The notes under the pieces are model-generated. The model was not told the DNA's origin. It did not search any database and worked only from the letters and a program-made list of their open reading frames with translations. The position numbers and the translations under genes are program-made. Shown here in pieces: positions 9,597 through 19,025 of a stretch of DNA of 64,000 nucleotides; position 1 is the stretch's first letter; every line of letters begins with the position of its first letter. The DNA lies in assembly GCA_040899905.1 (NCBI GenBank), contig JBBDZX010000005.1:698199-762198 (forward strand). Reading direction: 5' to 3'. Source of the stretch: Anaerolineales bacterium (lineage in GTDB: Bacteria; Chloroflexota; Anaerolineae; Anaerolineales; E44-bin32).

Positions 9597-10976
9597 CTAC
9601 CGGGGTCCCATCCACGCCTCGGTCGACTCCACGTCGGAATCGGCGTCCCAGATCGCGGCACGTTCCGGGTGGAAGCGCGAGCCGATCGGGATCGAGTATT
9701 CGTCTTCGCTCTCATAGGACCGTTCCCGCACCCCCTCTCGGCCAAGCAGTTTGCGCGCCGCCAGGACCCCCGGCGACGGCTGCCGCTCGAAGATCCTGCC
9801 GGCAAAGAGGTCCGTAATCAGATCGGTGTAACGGCTGTGCACGAACAACGCAAACGCTAGAGGGTGCTCCCAGAAGCAGTCGATCATGTCCTCCAGCACG
9901 TCGATACCGTGCTCCACACGCAACTGGTGGCCGCCGAACGGGTTCCGGCCGTTCCGGCCGACGCCGTTCAGGTAGTCGCGGATGAGCGGCGCGGCCAGCT
10001 GCGCCTCCTGCAGGGCGACCGCCAGGCCGAAGGAGAAGATCGGGTCGATGAAGCGATGCGAGTCGCCCAGGCAGAGGAATCCCTGGCCGGAGAACCGCCG
10101 CACCTGGTACGAGTAGTTGGGGATCACATGGACGTCTTCCGCCAGCTGGGCTGGTCCCGGAATCCGCCGGGACAGTTCGGGGTGCATTTCCCTCAGCTCG
10201 CGCAGGAAGAAGTCGCGCTTGCTCTCCTTCTTCTCCAGGAAGTACGCCGAGGGAACGACGATGCCGACGCTGACGATGTCTTCGTCCAGCGGGATGAACC
10301 AAGCCCAGTGGTATTTTTGCTTGTACAGGATGATCGTGTTGTCCGGGTGGTCCCGGCGTTCGCCGCCGCCGTCCCGCAGGGCTCCGGCTACCTGGGAGAA
10401 GACGGCGATTTGTTTGTCATAGGCGCCCAGGTACTTCGGGCCGGTAACCCCGCGCAAGTTGGCCAGCCAGGTCGCCTGGCCCGAGCAGTCCAGCAGCACC
10501 TCCGACTCGATGGCCTGCACCTTTCCGTCCGGCATCTGGACGGTCACCCCGCGCACCGTTCCCTCGTCGGAGACAATCGGCGCCAGGGCCCGGCCCTGCT
10601 CGAACCGGGCACCGTGGGCCAGCGCCTCGTCCAGCATCATCTTGTCGAAGTCACTGCGCCGAACCTGCCAGGTATCCCACTCAAAGAGATTCCAATTCTC
10701 GTCGCGACCGGTGACCGGGACGAACCATGTGCCGCGCGAGCTGCGACCGTACACCTTGACACCCTGCTTGCACGGGTGGCGGCGCCGGTACATCTCGGCG
10801 TCGAGTTTCAAGTCCCGCAACACCTTGCCCCCCGCCCCGGTCAGCGACTCCCCGATGTGGTACCGGGGGAAGGACTCCTTTTCCACGATCAGAGGGCGGA
10901 TCCCCTCCTGCAGCAGGAACATTGCCGCCGCCGCCCCTGCCGGGCCGCCGCCGACGATCACCACATCCGATTTCAT
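9597..10976 (-). CDS. FAD-dependent halogenase-like oxidoreductase (paralog 2)
   Basis: SDVVIVGGGPAGAAAA, FPRYHIGESL, exact WxWxIP (HWAWFIPL), candidate Lys in PCKQGVKVY, and GDSHRFIDPIFSFG. Its ATG overlaps the stop of the upstream adenylase (ATGA at 10973..10976). Confidence 0.8.
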   Translation of the reverse strand: MKSDVVIVGGGPAGAAAAMFLLQEGIRPLIVEKESFPRYHIGESLTGAGGKVLRDLKLDAEMYRRRHPCKQGVKVYGRSSRGTWFVPVTGRDENWNLFEWDTWQVRRSDFDKMMLDEALAHGARFEQGRALAPIVSDEGTVRGVTVQMPDGKVQAIESEVLLDCSGQATWLANLRGVTGPKYLGAYDKQIAVFSQVAGALRDGGGERRDHPDNTIILYKQKYHWAWFIPLDEDIVSVGIVVPSAYFLEKKESKRDFFLRELREMHPELSRRIPGPAQLAEDVHVIPNYSYQVRRFSGQGFLCLGDSHRFIDPIFSFGLAVALQEAQLAAPLIRDYLNGVGRNGRNPFGGHQLRVEHGIDVLEDMIDCFWEHPLAFALFVHSRYTDLITDLFAGRIFERQPSPGVLAARKLLGREGVRERSYESEDEYSIPIGSRFHPERAAIWDADSDVESTEAWMGPR

Positions 10977-12625
10977 CCAGACCTCCCTAGGGTCGCGCGG
11001 GCGTCACCCAGCCCGCCAAGCTGCCGCTCCGCCAGTTGTGAGCGGTCCACCTTGCCGCTCGATGTCTTGGGCAACTCTTCCAGGAACTCGAGGCTCTCGG
11101 GCACCATGTAGCGCGGCAATCGCTCCCGGCAATGGGAATCGAGATCGGCTGCGCTCACGCCGTTGTCGCCCAATCGCACCACATACGCCTTGATGCGACT
11201 TCCCACGAGTTCGTCCGGCACGGCCACGGCCACGGCCTCGCGAACGCCCGCGTGGCTGTAGAGAGCCGCCTCGATCTCCCCCAGCTCGATACGATAGCCG
11301 CGGCTCTTGACCATGTGGTCGCGCCGACCGAGGTAGCGCCAGGTCACGCCGTCTGCCTCCAGGCACACGACGTCGCCGGTTCGGTACGCCACCTCCTGCA
11401 CGTGGGGCTGCAAGGGGTTCGCCACAAATACCCCGGCGGTCTTGGGGCGGTCACCCCAATACCCCTGCGCCACGGTCGAACCGCGCACCCACAGCTCCCC
11501 CTCGCGGCCCGGCTCGTCGACCCGCTGGCCCGATTCATCTACGGCAAACACTTCCGTGTTCTCGCAGGCCCTGCCGATCGGCACCGGATGCTGGCGCTCA
11601 GGGTCCAGGTCGGCTGGACCCACCTGGTAGTACGTGCACACGTTGGTCTCCGTGGGGCCGTACAGGTTGTACAGCTCAACATGCGGGACCTTCGCCGCCA
11701 GCTTCCGCAGATATTTGATGGGAAAGACCTCGCCGGCGAAGAGGATCGTTCGCAGGGCGGAGAGGTCGTGGGCGTCCAGCCTCCCGTAGGTCACCATCAG
11801 AGTGAGCACGGAAGGCACCAAGTAGGTGAGGGTGATCCGCTCGTCGTGCAGGAGCTTCACCAGCCGCACCGGAAAAGTAGAAAGGCCCTCCGGAACCAGC
11901 ACCACTGTCCCGCCAGCCAGGAGGGTGGCAAAGATGTCGAGGGTCGAGAGGTCAAAATGCAGCGGCGCATGGCTGGTCACGCGATCGTCCGGGCCCATGC
12001 GGAACGTATCCACCGCCCAGCGCAGGAAGGTGAAGATCGTCCGATGGGAGATCATCACGCCCTTGGGTTCGCCGGTCGAACCGGAGGTGTAGAGGATGTA
12101 GGCAAGGTCCGTCTCAATGGTTCCGTCGTCCCCCAGGGGCGAGGCCTCGCCGCGGGCCACCTCGTCCCACGCAACGACTGTGCGCGCCCCCGGCCGAGGT
12201 GCTACCGGCAGAGGCTCTCCCAGCGGGCCGGCCTCGGTGAGGACGACAGCCTGCACCGGTGTTTCCTCGCGCAATAGCGCCTCGACCTCCGCGGCGCACT
12301 CTGCCGACGTCACGATCACTCGGATATCGCAATTGCGGGTGATGTACGCCAGCCGCGCCGCCGGCGCGCGGGCGTCCAGAGGGACGTACACGCCGCCGGC
12401 TTTCAGGATGCCGAACACGCTCAGTACCGAGGCGAGCGACTTGTGCAAGTAGATACCCACGCGATCCCCGCGCCGGACGGAGAGTTCGCGCAGGCTGCGG
12501 GCCAACTGAGAGCTCCGCCGGTCGAGTTCGGCGTAGGTCCACTGCCAGTCGCCGAAGCGCACGGCGATTTGGTCCCCGAAGCGGGAGGCTCCCTCCCGAA
12601 GGATGTGTTGGAGCAGATAGGCCAT
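10973..12625 (-). CDS. Stand-alone DltA-like amino acid adenylation enzyme (adenylase 2)
   Basis: A3 AYILYTSGSTGEPKGV, A4 HFDLSTLDIF (alpha-amino-binding Asp present), NLYGPTETNV, YRTGD, A8 GRRDHMVKSRGYRIELGEIE, LPRYMVP, A10 LPKTSSGKVDR. There is no condensation or carrier domain. Confidence 0.9.
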   Translation of the reverse strand: MAYLLQHILREGASRFGDQIAVRFGDWQWTYAELDRRSSQLARSLRELSVRRGDRVGIYLHKSLASVLSVFGILKAGGVYVPLDARAPAARLAYITRNCDIRVIVTSAECAAEVEALLREETPVQAVVLTEAGPLGEPLPVAPRPGARTVVAWDEVARGEASPLGDDGTIETDLAYILYTSGSTGEPKGVMISHRTIFTFLRWAVDTFRMGPDDRVTSHAPLHFDLSTLDIFATLLAGGTVVLVPEGLSTFPVRLVKLLHDERITLTYLVPSVLTLMVTYGRLDAHDLSALRTILFAGEVFPIKYLRKLAAKVPHVELYNLYGPTETNVCTYYQVGPADLDPERQHPVPIGRACENTEVFAVDESGQRVDEPGREGELWVRGSTVAQGYWGDRPKTAGVFVANPLQPHVQEVAYRTGDVVCLEADGVTWRYLGRRDHMVKSRGYRIELGEIEAALYSHAGVREAVAVAVPDELVGSRIKAYVVRLGDNGVSAADLDSHCRERLPRYMVPESLEFLEELPKTSSGKVDRSQLAERQLGGLGDARATLGRSG

Positions 12626-12642
12626 CGGCGTGCCTCTTGACC

Positions 12643-12849
12643 TCAGGCGCCCGCCCGCTCATGGGCGGCGGAGGACTTGCGGAGCGGTACAGTCATCCGG
12701 TTGGCCACCAGGGCAAAAACCATGATGATGGTGAAAGTCAGACCCGTCATGATGTTCATCGGCAGCCGGATCCATCCGACGCGCCCGAGCCCGGCGATGG
12801 TCTCCAACACGACTTTGTCCAACGGATCCCTATGCCACGGCACGAACAC
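12643..12849 (-). CDS. Possible small membrane protein (38-68 aa) between the dehydrogenase and adenylase 2
   Basis: Tail of ORF 12643..13401: ...DKVVLETIAGLGRVGWIRLPMNIMTGLTFTIIMVFALVANRMTVPLRKSS. It has one clear TM and high third-position GC. Candidate starts are GTG 12849 or ATG 12759. No family recognised. Confidence 0.3.
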   Translation of the reverse strand: MFVPWHRDPLDKVVLETIAGLGRVGWIRLPMNIMTGLTFTIIMVFALVANRMTVPLRKSSAAHERAGA

Positions 12850-12980
12850 TCCGTCGCGAATTGCGCCCCGCCCTTTCCCCCGTCTGCGGCGCGGAACCGA
12901 GGGGAATGATGTGCCAGGGGCCGGCGCCGGTCTGCGCGCTGGGCCTCGCGTCCATCTGGGAACGGTCACGACCTCCGGGT

Positions 12981-14126
12981 TCACAGGCCCAGCATCCGGG
13001 AGATGATCACCCGCTGAATGTCGGAGGTGCCCGAGTACAGGGTCCCACCGATGGCGTCGCGGACCTGTCGCTCGATTTCGAACTCGGTCATGTAGCCGTA
13101 GCCACCGTAGACCCGCAAGGCGTCCAGGCTGGACTGAAGGAAGGATTCGCTCAGATACAGCTTCGCCATAGCAGCTTCGACGACCGCGGACTTCCCGTTC
13201 TGTTTGAGCCACGCCACCTTGTACAGCAGCAGCCGAGCGGTCTCCAAGCGAACCTTCATGTCGGCGATCCGGTTGGACACGGACTGGAATTTGCCGATGG
13301 GCTGGCCGAACTGGCGCCGCTCGCGGGCATAGCGAATGCAGCCCTCCAACTGTCGTTCCATGGCGCCGATGTTGCCAGCCAGGATGCAGCTGCGCTCCCA
13401 CTCCATCGAGCTGTTAAACACCGTCAAGCCGGCGCCCTCGGCGCCCAATCTCGCTGAATCCGGGACGAAGCAGTCCCGCAGGATGATCTCGCTCATCGGC
13501 GAGGTCCGCAGCCCCATCTTGGAGATGTCGTTGCTGACGGAGAAGCCCTGGGCCTCCCGATCGACGAGGAAGGCGGTGATCCCGCCCCGTCCCAGCTCGG
13601 GGTCGAGTGTTGCAAATACAACGGCCAGATGGCAGATCGGTGCGTTGGTCGAGAAGGTCTTTACGCCGGAGAGAACATACCCGCCGTCGACCTTCTTCGC
13701 CCGCGCCCGCAGACTGGCCGTGTCGGATCCCGCGTCGGGCTCCGTCATCCCATGCGCCCCGATCAGGTCCCCGCGGCACAGCCCGGGCAGGTATCGTTCC
13801 TTCTGCTCCTCGGTCCCAAAGGTCTCAATCGGGTGCTGCACGCTCCACATCTGAGCATTGATGGCGAACACAAGCCCGAGGTCGGTACATCCGTAGCCCA
13901 GCCCTTCCATCACCAGCATCGTGGTGAGGATGTCTTCTCCGGCGCCGCCGAAGTCCGGAGACACGGGAAGCCCCAGAATCCCGAACTCGGCGCACTTGCG
14001 CCAGTTGTCCAGCGATAGTTCTCCGCGTCGATCCCGATCGATGACTTCGTCGTTGAGGTTGTCTTTGGCGAAGTCCACGACGGCCCGCTTGTAGGCATCT
14101 TGTTCCGGGCTCCAGGAGAAGTCCAT
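12981..14126 (-). CDS. Acyl-CoA dehydrogenase family flavoprotein (possibly acting on a carrier-bound substrate)
   Basis: MDFSWSPEQD start with GAGG 7 nt upstream. Typical ACAD blocks GAHGMTEPDAGSD and QFGQPIGKFQ. The C-terminal block reads LYSGTSDIQ instead of the usual YEGT. Confidence 0.9.
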   Translation of the reverse strand: MDFSWSPEQDAYKRAVVDFAKDNLNDEVIDRDRRGELSLDNWRKCAEFGILGLPVSPDFGGAGEDILTTMLVMEGLGYGCTDLGLVFAINAQMWSVQHPIETFGTEEQKERYLPGLCRGDLIGAHGMTEPDAGSDTASLRARAKKVDGGYVLSGVKTFSTNAPICHLAVVFATLDPELGRGGITAFLVDREAQGFSVSNDISKMGLRTSPMSEIILRDCFVPDSARLGAEGAGLTVFNSSMEWERSCILAGNIGAMERQLEGCIRYARERRQFGQPIGKFQSVSNRIADMKVRLETARLLLYKVAWLKQNGKSAVVEAAMAKLYLSESFLQSSLDALRVYGGYGYMTEFEIERQVRDAIGGTLYSGTSDIQRVIISRMLGL

Positions 14127-14443
14127 CACCGCACCTCGAGGCGCTTCCACCACCGGCACCCGCTCATCGGGGCGTCCGGGTTGTCCAGCAAAGAGACCGG
14201 TCTTCTCATCTGGCCATCTGGTGGCGGCCGCTCGCCGCCGCAGCGTTCAGATCCGGACGGGTGAACCCCGCAGGACCGCGGCGCCCGGCGTTCACAAGGG
14301 GCGTATCTGCGGCGGGCGCCGGCCCAGTTTCGGGAAGATCCGCAGCACAAGCCCCGCCGGTCCCTGCAGCACCCCAAACCCCAAGAGCAACGAGGAGGAT
14401 TCTGCCCAGGGCAGGGCTTTCGTCCGTGCGGCGCTCGGGACGG

Positions 14444-17389
14444 TTAGCTCGTTGGTTCCTCGCTCGGTCCGAAGAGAGGAATCACGTCCTGCCGTTCGTG
14501 CAAGGCCTGATACAACCTCTCCGCGAGCAGCCGGTGTCCGGCCGCGTTCGGATGCTTATCCCAGTAGGCCACAACCAGCGACTCTACGTCCTGATGATCG
14601 AAGGCGTCGGATAGATCCAGAACAAGGAAACCCGATTCCTCGGCCAGGCGGGCGAGGTGCGTCACGGTCTCTTCCCGCAGCGGATTCTCCAAAGTCGGTA
14701 CGAAGATCCAAATGGGGAGAACACCATTTGCGCGTGAGGTTTCCACGACACGGCGATAGGTCCACGCGAGGATTTCGCTCCCTATTGGCTGGAGGTGTCT
14801 TTCGTTCTCCACCATGGTGGCGCCGGCCTCTCCTCCGGCCTGGTGGGCGAGTTCCATCAAGTCGGCGTAGGGGAGCTCCGCCCCCACGGATATCCGGTCT
14901 GCCAGATACCTCGCGGTGTCCGATTCCTCACGCTGATGGGCGATGAAGAAGAGGGCATCGGGTTGAAAGGAGACCCCCTTTTGTTCCAGGACCATCAGAT
15001 TCTGGATCGCAGAGTAGCCTGGAACGGCGAAGTTCAGGATTTCGTATCTGGCATAGCCACTCCCGCCATTCTCACGATTCAGGCGGTCCTCCAACAGCGA
15101 CTCGAAAACTTCGTCATTGGCGACGCCCGACCCCATCACAAAGGAGGGGCCGGTCAGGGCGACGCGGTAGGTGTCCGCTTGTGGGATCAGCTCGTAATCC
15201 CGATCCCGCATCCCCCAGCGGTTGGTGCTCAACAAGGCTCCCTGGAAGTTGATCGTCGTCGAGGGGACGAGCTCTACCATCAGGTTGTCGCCGGTTTGTC
15301 GCGCCACCTCCGTCTCCATGATGGACGGCCAGTCCGATGGCCGTTTCGTGTAAATCTCCCACAGCTGAGAGTTGAATCGATCTACCCCGACCAGGTCTTC
15401 GTAGTAGCCGCGCTGGAGCAGCACGGCCTCCCGCTCGCTCAGTCGGTTCACCGTCAGATCGCCAAGGAACGCCTGAACTGGGCCACCCAGGCGGCTCTGT
15501 ATTGCCGGATGGCCCAGCAGGAGCAGGAAGATGAGCGGTACCCCCGTGGCCGCAAAGGATCTCACCAGAGGGGCCTGCTTTCGCTTCGCCCCGAGGCCCA
15601 TTTCGCCTCGCGCGCTCGCCCAAATCGCCACCCCCATCACAGCCATGAGGGCCAAGAACGCGAACACCAGTACGGCGATGTCGCCAGGAGTGATCTGAAC
15701 GACGGACAACAAGGAAATCCAATCCTGAATCGAATCGCCGCCCCACAGCGCCCACAAAACCGCCATGATTGTGAAGGTGCTTGCCGTCCGGATCGCCAAC
15801 GCAACCGTTTCGCCAAGCGACCTGGCACGCCGGCCCAGGGCTCGATCTCGGCCGCGCCTGGCCTCATAGAGCATGTTGGCGATGATCAGCAGGGTCAGGA
15901 TCAGCCAGAACAAAACATCCTGGGCGGTCAGGAGAAACGAACCGCGGAGCCAGAACCATTGGTACGCATGCAAAAACCAGGTCAGAAAGAAGACGATCGC
16001 AGTTGCCAGGACCATGCTGGTAGTGGGGCCCCACTGCCGGATTCGAAAGTAGACGGGATAGTAAAACACCTTCAACATAAAGTCTTTCCAATAGATGTTG
16101 ATCCGGCGCCATATGTTAGTGAAGCTACTGGCCAGGAAATATAGGTGATGGGTTTCCGGCAGGTTGAAACCGAATAGGTGTAAGAGCCCAATGATCAAAT
16201 GAAACTGACCGGAAATACGAACATAGAGGCCAAAGTTCGCGACGAGATAGCGCACAAGCTCCGTCGCATTTGTGACTTCCTGGGGGCTGAGCATGACGTA
16301 GTAGTTGAGGTATCGATATAGAAGAAGATGGACGATCCCCCGGAACATCCACCGCAGCCCTTTTTGATAGATCGCATGCTGCTCGTCATCATAGTAGGTT
16401 CGTCGGAATGTGCCGTAGTCGACGATCGGGAAGAAAGGGAAGACGACGTTAGGCAACAGAAAGAAGTACGAAAGCGTGCTAGCCAGCGTCGGTTTCGCCT
16501 TTCCATGCCGGAGATCATACATATAGACGATCAGGCGAAACATGAACATCGAGGCCAGAATCGGCCAGATCACTCCCAGCCCGGATGCCTCGATCCAGCC
16601 GGCTCGTATGACCGCCAGCAGAACCCCAGCGGTAAGGAGGAGAAAAACTCGAAGCCCATAGGCCACCGGAAGATGAGCGAGGCCGACCAGGCCTAGCCCG
16701 ATCGCAAGCAGCCAAACAGAGTTGGCGAGCCCCAGGATCCCCACCAGCGCGGCCAGGGAAAGAAGCAGGAAGTAGGGAAGCCGATAGTGGGCAGGCAGCA
16801 GATAGTGAATCAGAAAGCCATACACTACCAGTGGAATGATATTGAGGTAGACAGCTTGAGTTTCCAGGTGGAATAGGCGGACGACTAGTCCTAGGAGGCT
16901 AAGCTGAAGCAGGATGCTCAGAAACGTGCCCACCTTCAGCCTGTCCAAGCTAACCTGCCCGAGCCAGGTCCGTACCTTCCGCCAATCCCACGGTTCCGCT
17001 GCAACGGCGCTGAGGGACAGCACGGTGACACAGGTCGAGGCCAGAACCGCAAGCTTCGCTGGCCATTCCGGCAGACCATTGATCACCAGCAAGTCGGCGG
17101 CGAATGCGGCTGCGAGAACCGCAACCCCAACCAGCAACCACTCGCCAATCGGGCGCAGGCCAACAGGCGAAACCAGGACGAGGCCTGCTCCCAGAATGGC
17201 GAACCCACTCAGCGCAACGGAGACCTGCTTCGGGCCTATGCCTGACTGCTCGCCAATCCTCAGCAAATCAGCAGCGAACGCCAACGCCATGACGGCGGCG
17301 CCGATCCCTACGAGACTGAAGGGTACAAGTCTCTCCCAGTTAATGATGGTTAGTCTGCGCAGCACCGATCGGCCCTTCTTCCCCGACAA
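14444..17389 (-). CDS. Fusion protein: N-terminal polytopic extension + MBOAT (DltB/AlgI-like) core + C-terminal extracytoplasmic SGNH (DltD/AlgJ-like) domain
   Basis: 981 aa. MBOAT blocks MFMFRLIVYMYDLRHG, GLLHLFGFNLPETHH, FTNIWRRINIYWKDFMLKVFYYPVYF and LTWFLHAYQW. The C-terminal domain has YRVALTGPSFVMGSG (Ser block) and YWDKHPNAAGHRLLAE (Asp/His block). Confidence 0.85.
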   Translation of the reverse strand: MSGKKGRSVLRRLTIINWERLVPFSLVGIGAAVMALAFAADLLRIGEQSGIGPKQVSVALSGFAILGAGLVLVSPVGLRPIGEWLLVGVAVLAAAFAADLLVINGLPEWPAKLAVLASTCVTVLSLSAVAAEPWDWRKVRTWLGQVSLDRLKVGTFLSILLQLSLLGLVVRLFHLETQAVYLNIIPLVVYGFLIHYLLPAHYRLPYFLLLSLAALVGILGLANSVWLLAIGLGLVGLAHLPVAYGLRVFLLLTAGVLLAVIRAGWIEASGLGVIWPILASMFMFRLIVYMYDLRHGKAKPTLASTLSYFFLLPNVVFPFFPIVDYGTFRRTYYDDEQHAIYQKGLRWMFRGIVHLLLYRYLNYYVMLSPQEVTNATELVRYLVANFGLYVRISGQFHLIIGLLHLFGFNLPETHHLYFLASSFTNIWRRINIYWKDFMLKVFYYPVYFRIRQWGPTTSMVLATAIVFFLTWFLHAYQWFWLRGSFLLTAQDVLFWLILTLLIIANMLYEARRGRDRALGRRARSLGETVALAIRTASTFTIMAVLWALWGGDSIQDWISLLSVVQITPGDIAVLVFAFLALMAVMGVAIWASARGEMGLGAKRKQAPLVRSFAATGVPLIFLLLLGHPAIQSRLGGPVQAFLGDLTVNRLSEREAVLLQRGYYEDLVGVDRFNSQLWEIYTKRPSDWPSIMETEVARQTGDNLMVELVPSTTINFQGALLSTNRWGMRDRDYELIPQADTYRVALTGPSFVMGSGVANDEVFESLLEDRLNRENGGSGYARYEILNFAVPGYSAIQNLMVLEQKGVSFQPDALFFIAHQREESDTARYLADRISVGAELPYADLMELAHQAGGEAGATMVENERHLQPIGSEILAWTYRRVVETSRANGVLPIWIFVPTLENPLREETVTHLARLAEESGFLVLDLSDAFDHQDVESLVVAYWDKHPNAAGHRLLAERLYQALHERQDVIPLFGPSEEPTS

Positions 17390-17453
17390 TTGCTCTGGTC
17401 AACTGGCGGCTGTGCAATTGCCCCTTCCGCCGGTCGCATTTGACCCAGTGGCG

Positions 17454-19016
17454 TCAATCCCGGAGCTCCATTAGTTTTTGGTAGTCGATCTTGTCCGTGG
17501 AAGTCTTCGGCAACGCCGGCTCGAAAACAAACAGGTCCGGGACCATGTAGATGGGTAAGTTCTCAGCACAGAAGCGCTTTAGCTCGATGATGGAGGGGCG
17601 CTTCTCTGGCTCCTTACAACTAATGTATGCCTTGACCCGCACCCCGTTCTCGTCGTCGGGCAATGCGATCACCGCCGCCTCTTTCACCGCCGAGTGGCGA
17701 TACAGTCCGGCCTCGATCTCGCCCAACTCAACTCGATACCCCCGCTTCTTGACCATCCGATCCCGCCGTCCGACGTAGAGGTAATCGCCATTCGCATCCT
17801 CGACCACGATATCGCCCGTCTTGTACCAAAGTTGACCCGACGAGTCTGTCAGAAAGGCAGTGGCGGTCCGTTCTGGCAGATTCCAGTAGCCCTGCATGAC
17901 CCCGGGACCGGCGATGCACAATTCGCCCTCCTGTCCGGCCGATACCGCTTGCCCCTGCTCGTTCACCACGATCGCCTGGCAGTGAGAGCACGCCTTCCCG
18001 ATAGGATAGGGCTGGGTTCGCTCTTCAGGGATGTGGCCCGGAATCTCATGGTAGGTGCAGACGTTGGTCTCGGTTGGGCCATACAGGTTGAAGAAACTTG
18101 GTCCAGGCAGGAGATTCGTGAGGGCCCGGAGATGCTTGACGGGAAACACCTCGCCTGCGAAGAGCACCCTTCGCAACGCGGCGTAATCGTGCTGTTGCAT
18201 TCTGCCGTACTGCGCCAGCATGCTCAAGACGGAGGGTGCCGAGTACCAGCTCGTGATTCGTCGCTCCGCGATGGTTGCGGCGAGGCCGATCGGATCCTTC
18301 GCAGTTTCGTCCGCGATTAGGACCAGGGCCGCGCCGTGCTTCATCGGTACGTATAGATCCAGAATGGACAGGTCGAAGTGGAAGGGTGCGTGCGAAGCGA
18401 AGCGCTCTCCGTCGGCCGGCTGGAACACCTCCGAGCACCAATCGACGAAGCTCAGCGCGTTGCGATGCGAGAGCATCACGCCTTTCGGCTTCCCGGTCGA
18501 CCCCGAGGTATACAGGACGTAGGCCAGATCGTCCGGTGACACCTCGGCCGAATCCGACACCGGCGCCGGATCGGTAGCCTGCAGTTCGTCGAGAGCTCGA
18601 CTCAACGGTACTCCGCCGCCAGTCGCCTCGACGACCAACAGCGACGCCGGCGCACCGAGGCTGGCAAGTTCCGTGTGCAGCCTGTCTTCAAAGCGGCTCT
18701 CCACCACCACGATCCGTACCTGGCAATCGTTCAGAATGTACGCGTTTCGGGCAGCCGGCGCGGCAGCATCCACCGGCACATACGCGGCACCGCACTTCAA
18801 AACGCCAAAGATCGCCGCAACCGCATCGATGGATTTGGGCAGATACAGCCCTACCCGGTCGCCTCGACTCACGCCAGCATGTTGAAGCCTGTCTCGCAGG
18901 CGATCCGAAAGGTGCGCAAGTTCGCGAAACGTGATCCGATGGCCCTCGCCGTCTTCGACGGCGAGTTGATCGGGACGGCCCTGCGCGGAGCGCTCCAGAA
19001 AGTGGTGGATGAGCAT
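17454..19016 (-). CDS. Stand-alone DltA-like amino acid adenylation enzyme (adenylase 1)
   Basis: A3 AYVLYTSGSTGKPKGV, A4 HFDLSILDLY, NLYGPTETNV, YKTGD, A8 GRRDRMVKKRGYRVELGEIE, LPIYMVP, A10 LPKTSTDKIDY. The ATG lies 9 nt after the carrier-2 stop. Confidence 0.9.
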   Translation of the reverse strand: MLIHHFLERSAQGRPDQLAVEDGEGHRITFRELAHLSDRLRDRLQHAGVSRGDRVGLYLPKSIDAVAAIFGVLKCGAAYVPVDAAAPAARNAYILNDCQVRIVVVESRFEDRLHTELASLGAPASLLVVEATGGGVPLSRALDELQATDPAPVSDSAEVSPDDLAYVLYTSGSTGKPKGVMLSHRNALSFVDWCSEVFQPADGERFASHAPFHFDLSILDLYVPMKHGAALVLIADETAKDPIGLAATIAERRITSWYSAPSVLSMLAQYGRMQQHDYAALRRVLFAGEVFPVKHLRALTNLLPGPSFFNLYGPTETNVCTYHEIPGHIPEERTQPYPIGKACSHCQAIVVNEQGQAVSAGQEGELCIAGPGVMQGYWNLPERTATAFLTDSSGQLWYKTGDIVVEDANGDYLYVGRRDRMVKKRGYRVELGEIEAGLYRHSAVKEAAVIALPDDENGVRVKAYISCKEPEKRPSIIELKRFCAENLPIYMVPDLFVFEPALPKTSTDKIDYQKLMELRD

Positions 19017-19025
19017 CGTCGCGGG

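Noticed and set aside
9864-12277. Long plus-strand ORFs 9864..11111 (415 aa) and 11132..12277 (381 aa)
   Set aside because: They lie antisense to halogenase-like 2 and adenylase 2, both of which have unambiguous catalytic motifs. Their translations are Arg/Gly/Pro/His-rich with no recognisable domains. This is the typical shadow-ORF pattern of GC-rich DNA.
14160-14443. Looked for a hidden small gene (for example a third carrier protein or lipoprotein) in the 284-bp gap between the MBOAT fusion and the ACAD
   Set aside because: One frame gives a signal-peptide-like stretch (RILLVALGVWGAAGTGGAC). However, it has no ATG/GTG/TTG start after the upstream stop, and its third-position GC is low, so it is probably non-coding.
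14795-16144. 449-aa plus-strand ORF
   Set aside because: It lies antisense to the MBOAT-SGNH gene, and its composition is low-complexity and Arg/Gly/Gln-rich without motifs.
10973-19016. Assigning proline (or D-alanine) specificity to the two adenylases
   Set aside because: Only the first specificity positions (D, L, x, x, L in HFDLSxLD) can be read reliably without an alignment. They are compatible with several substrates, so no specificity is claimed.
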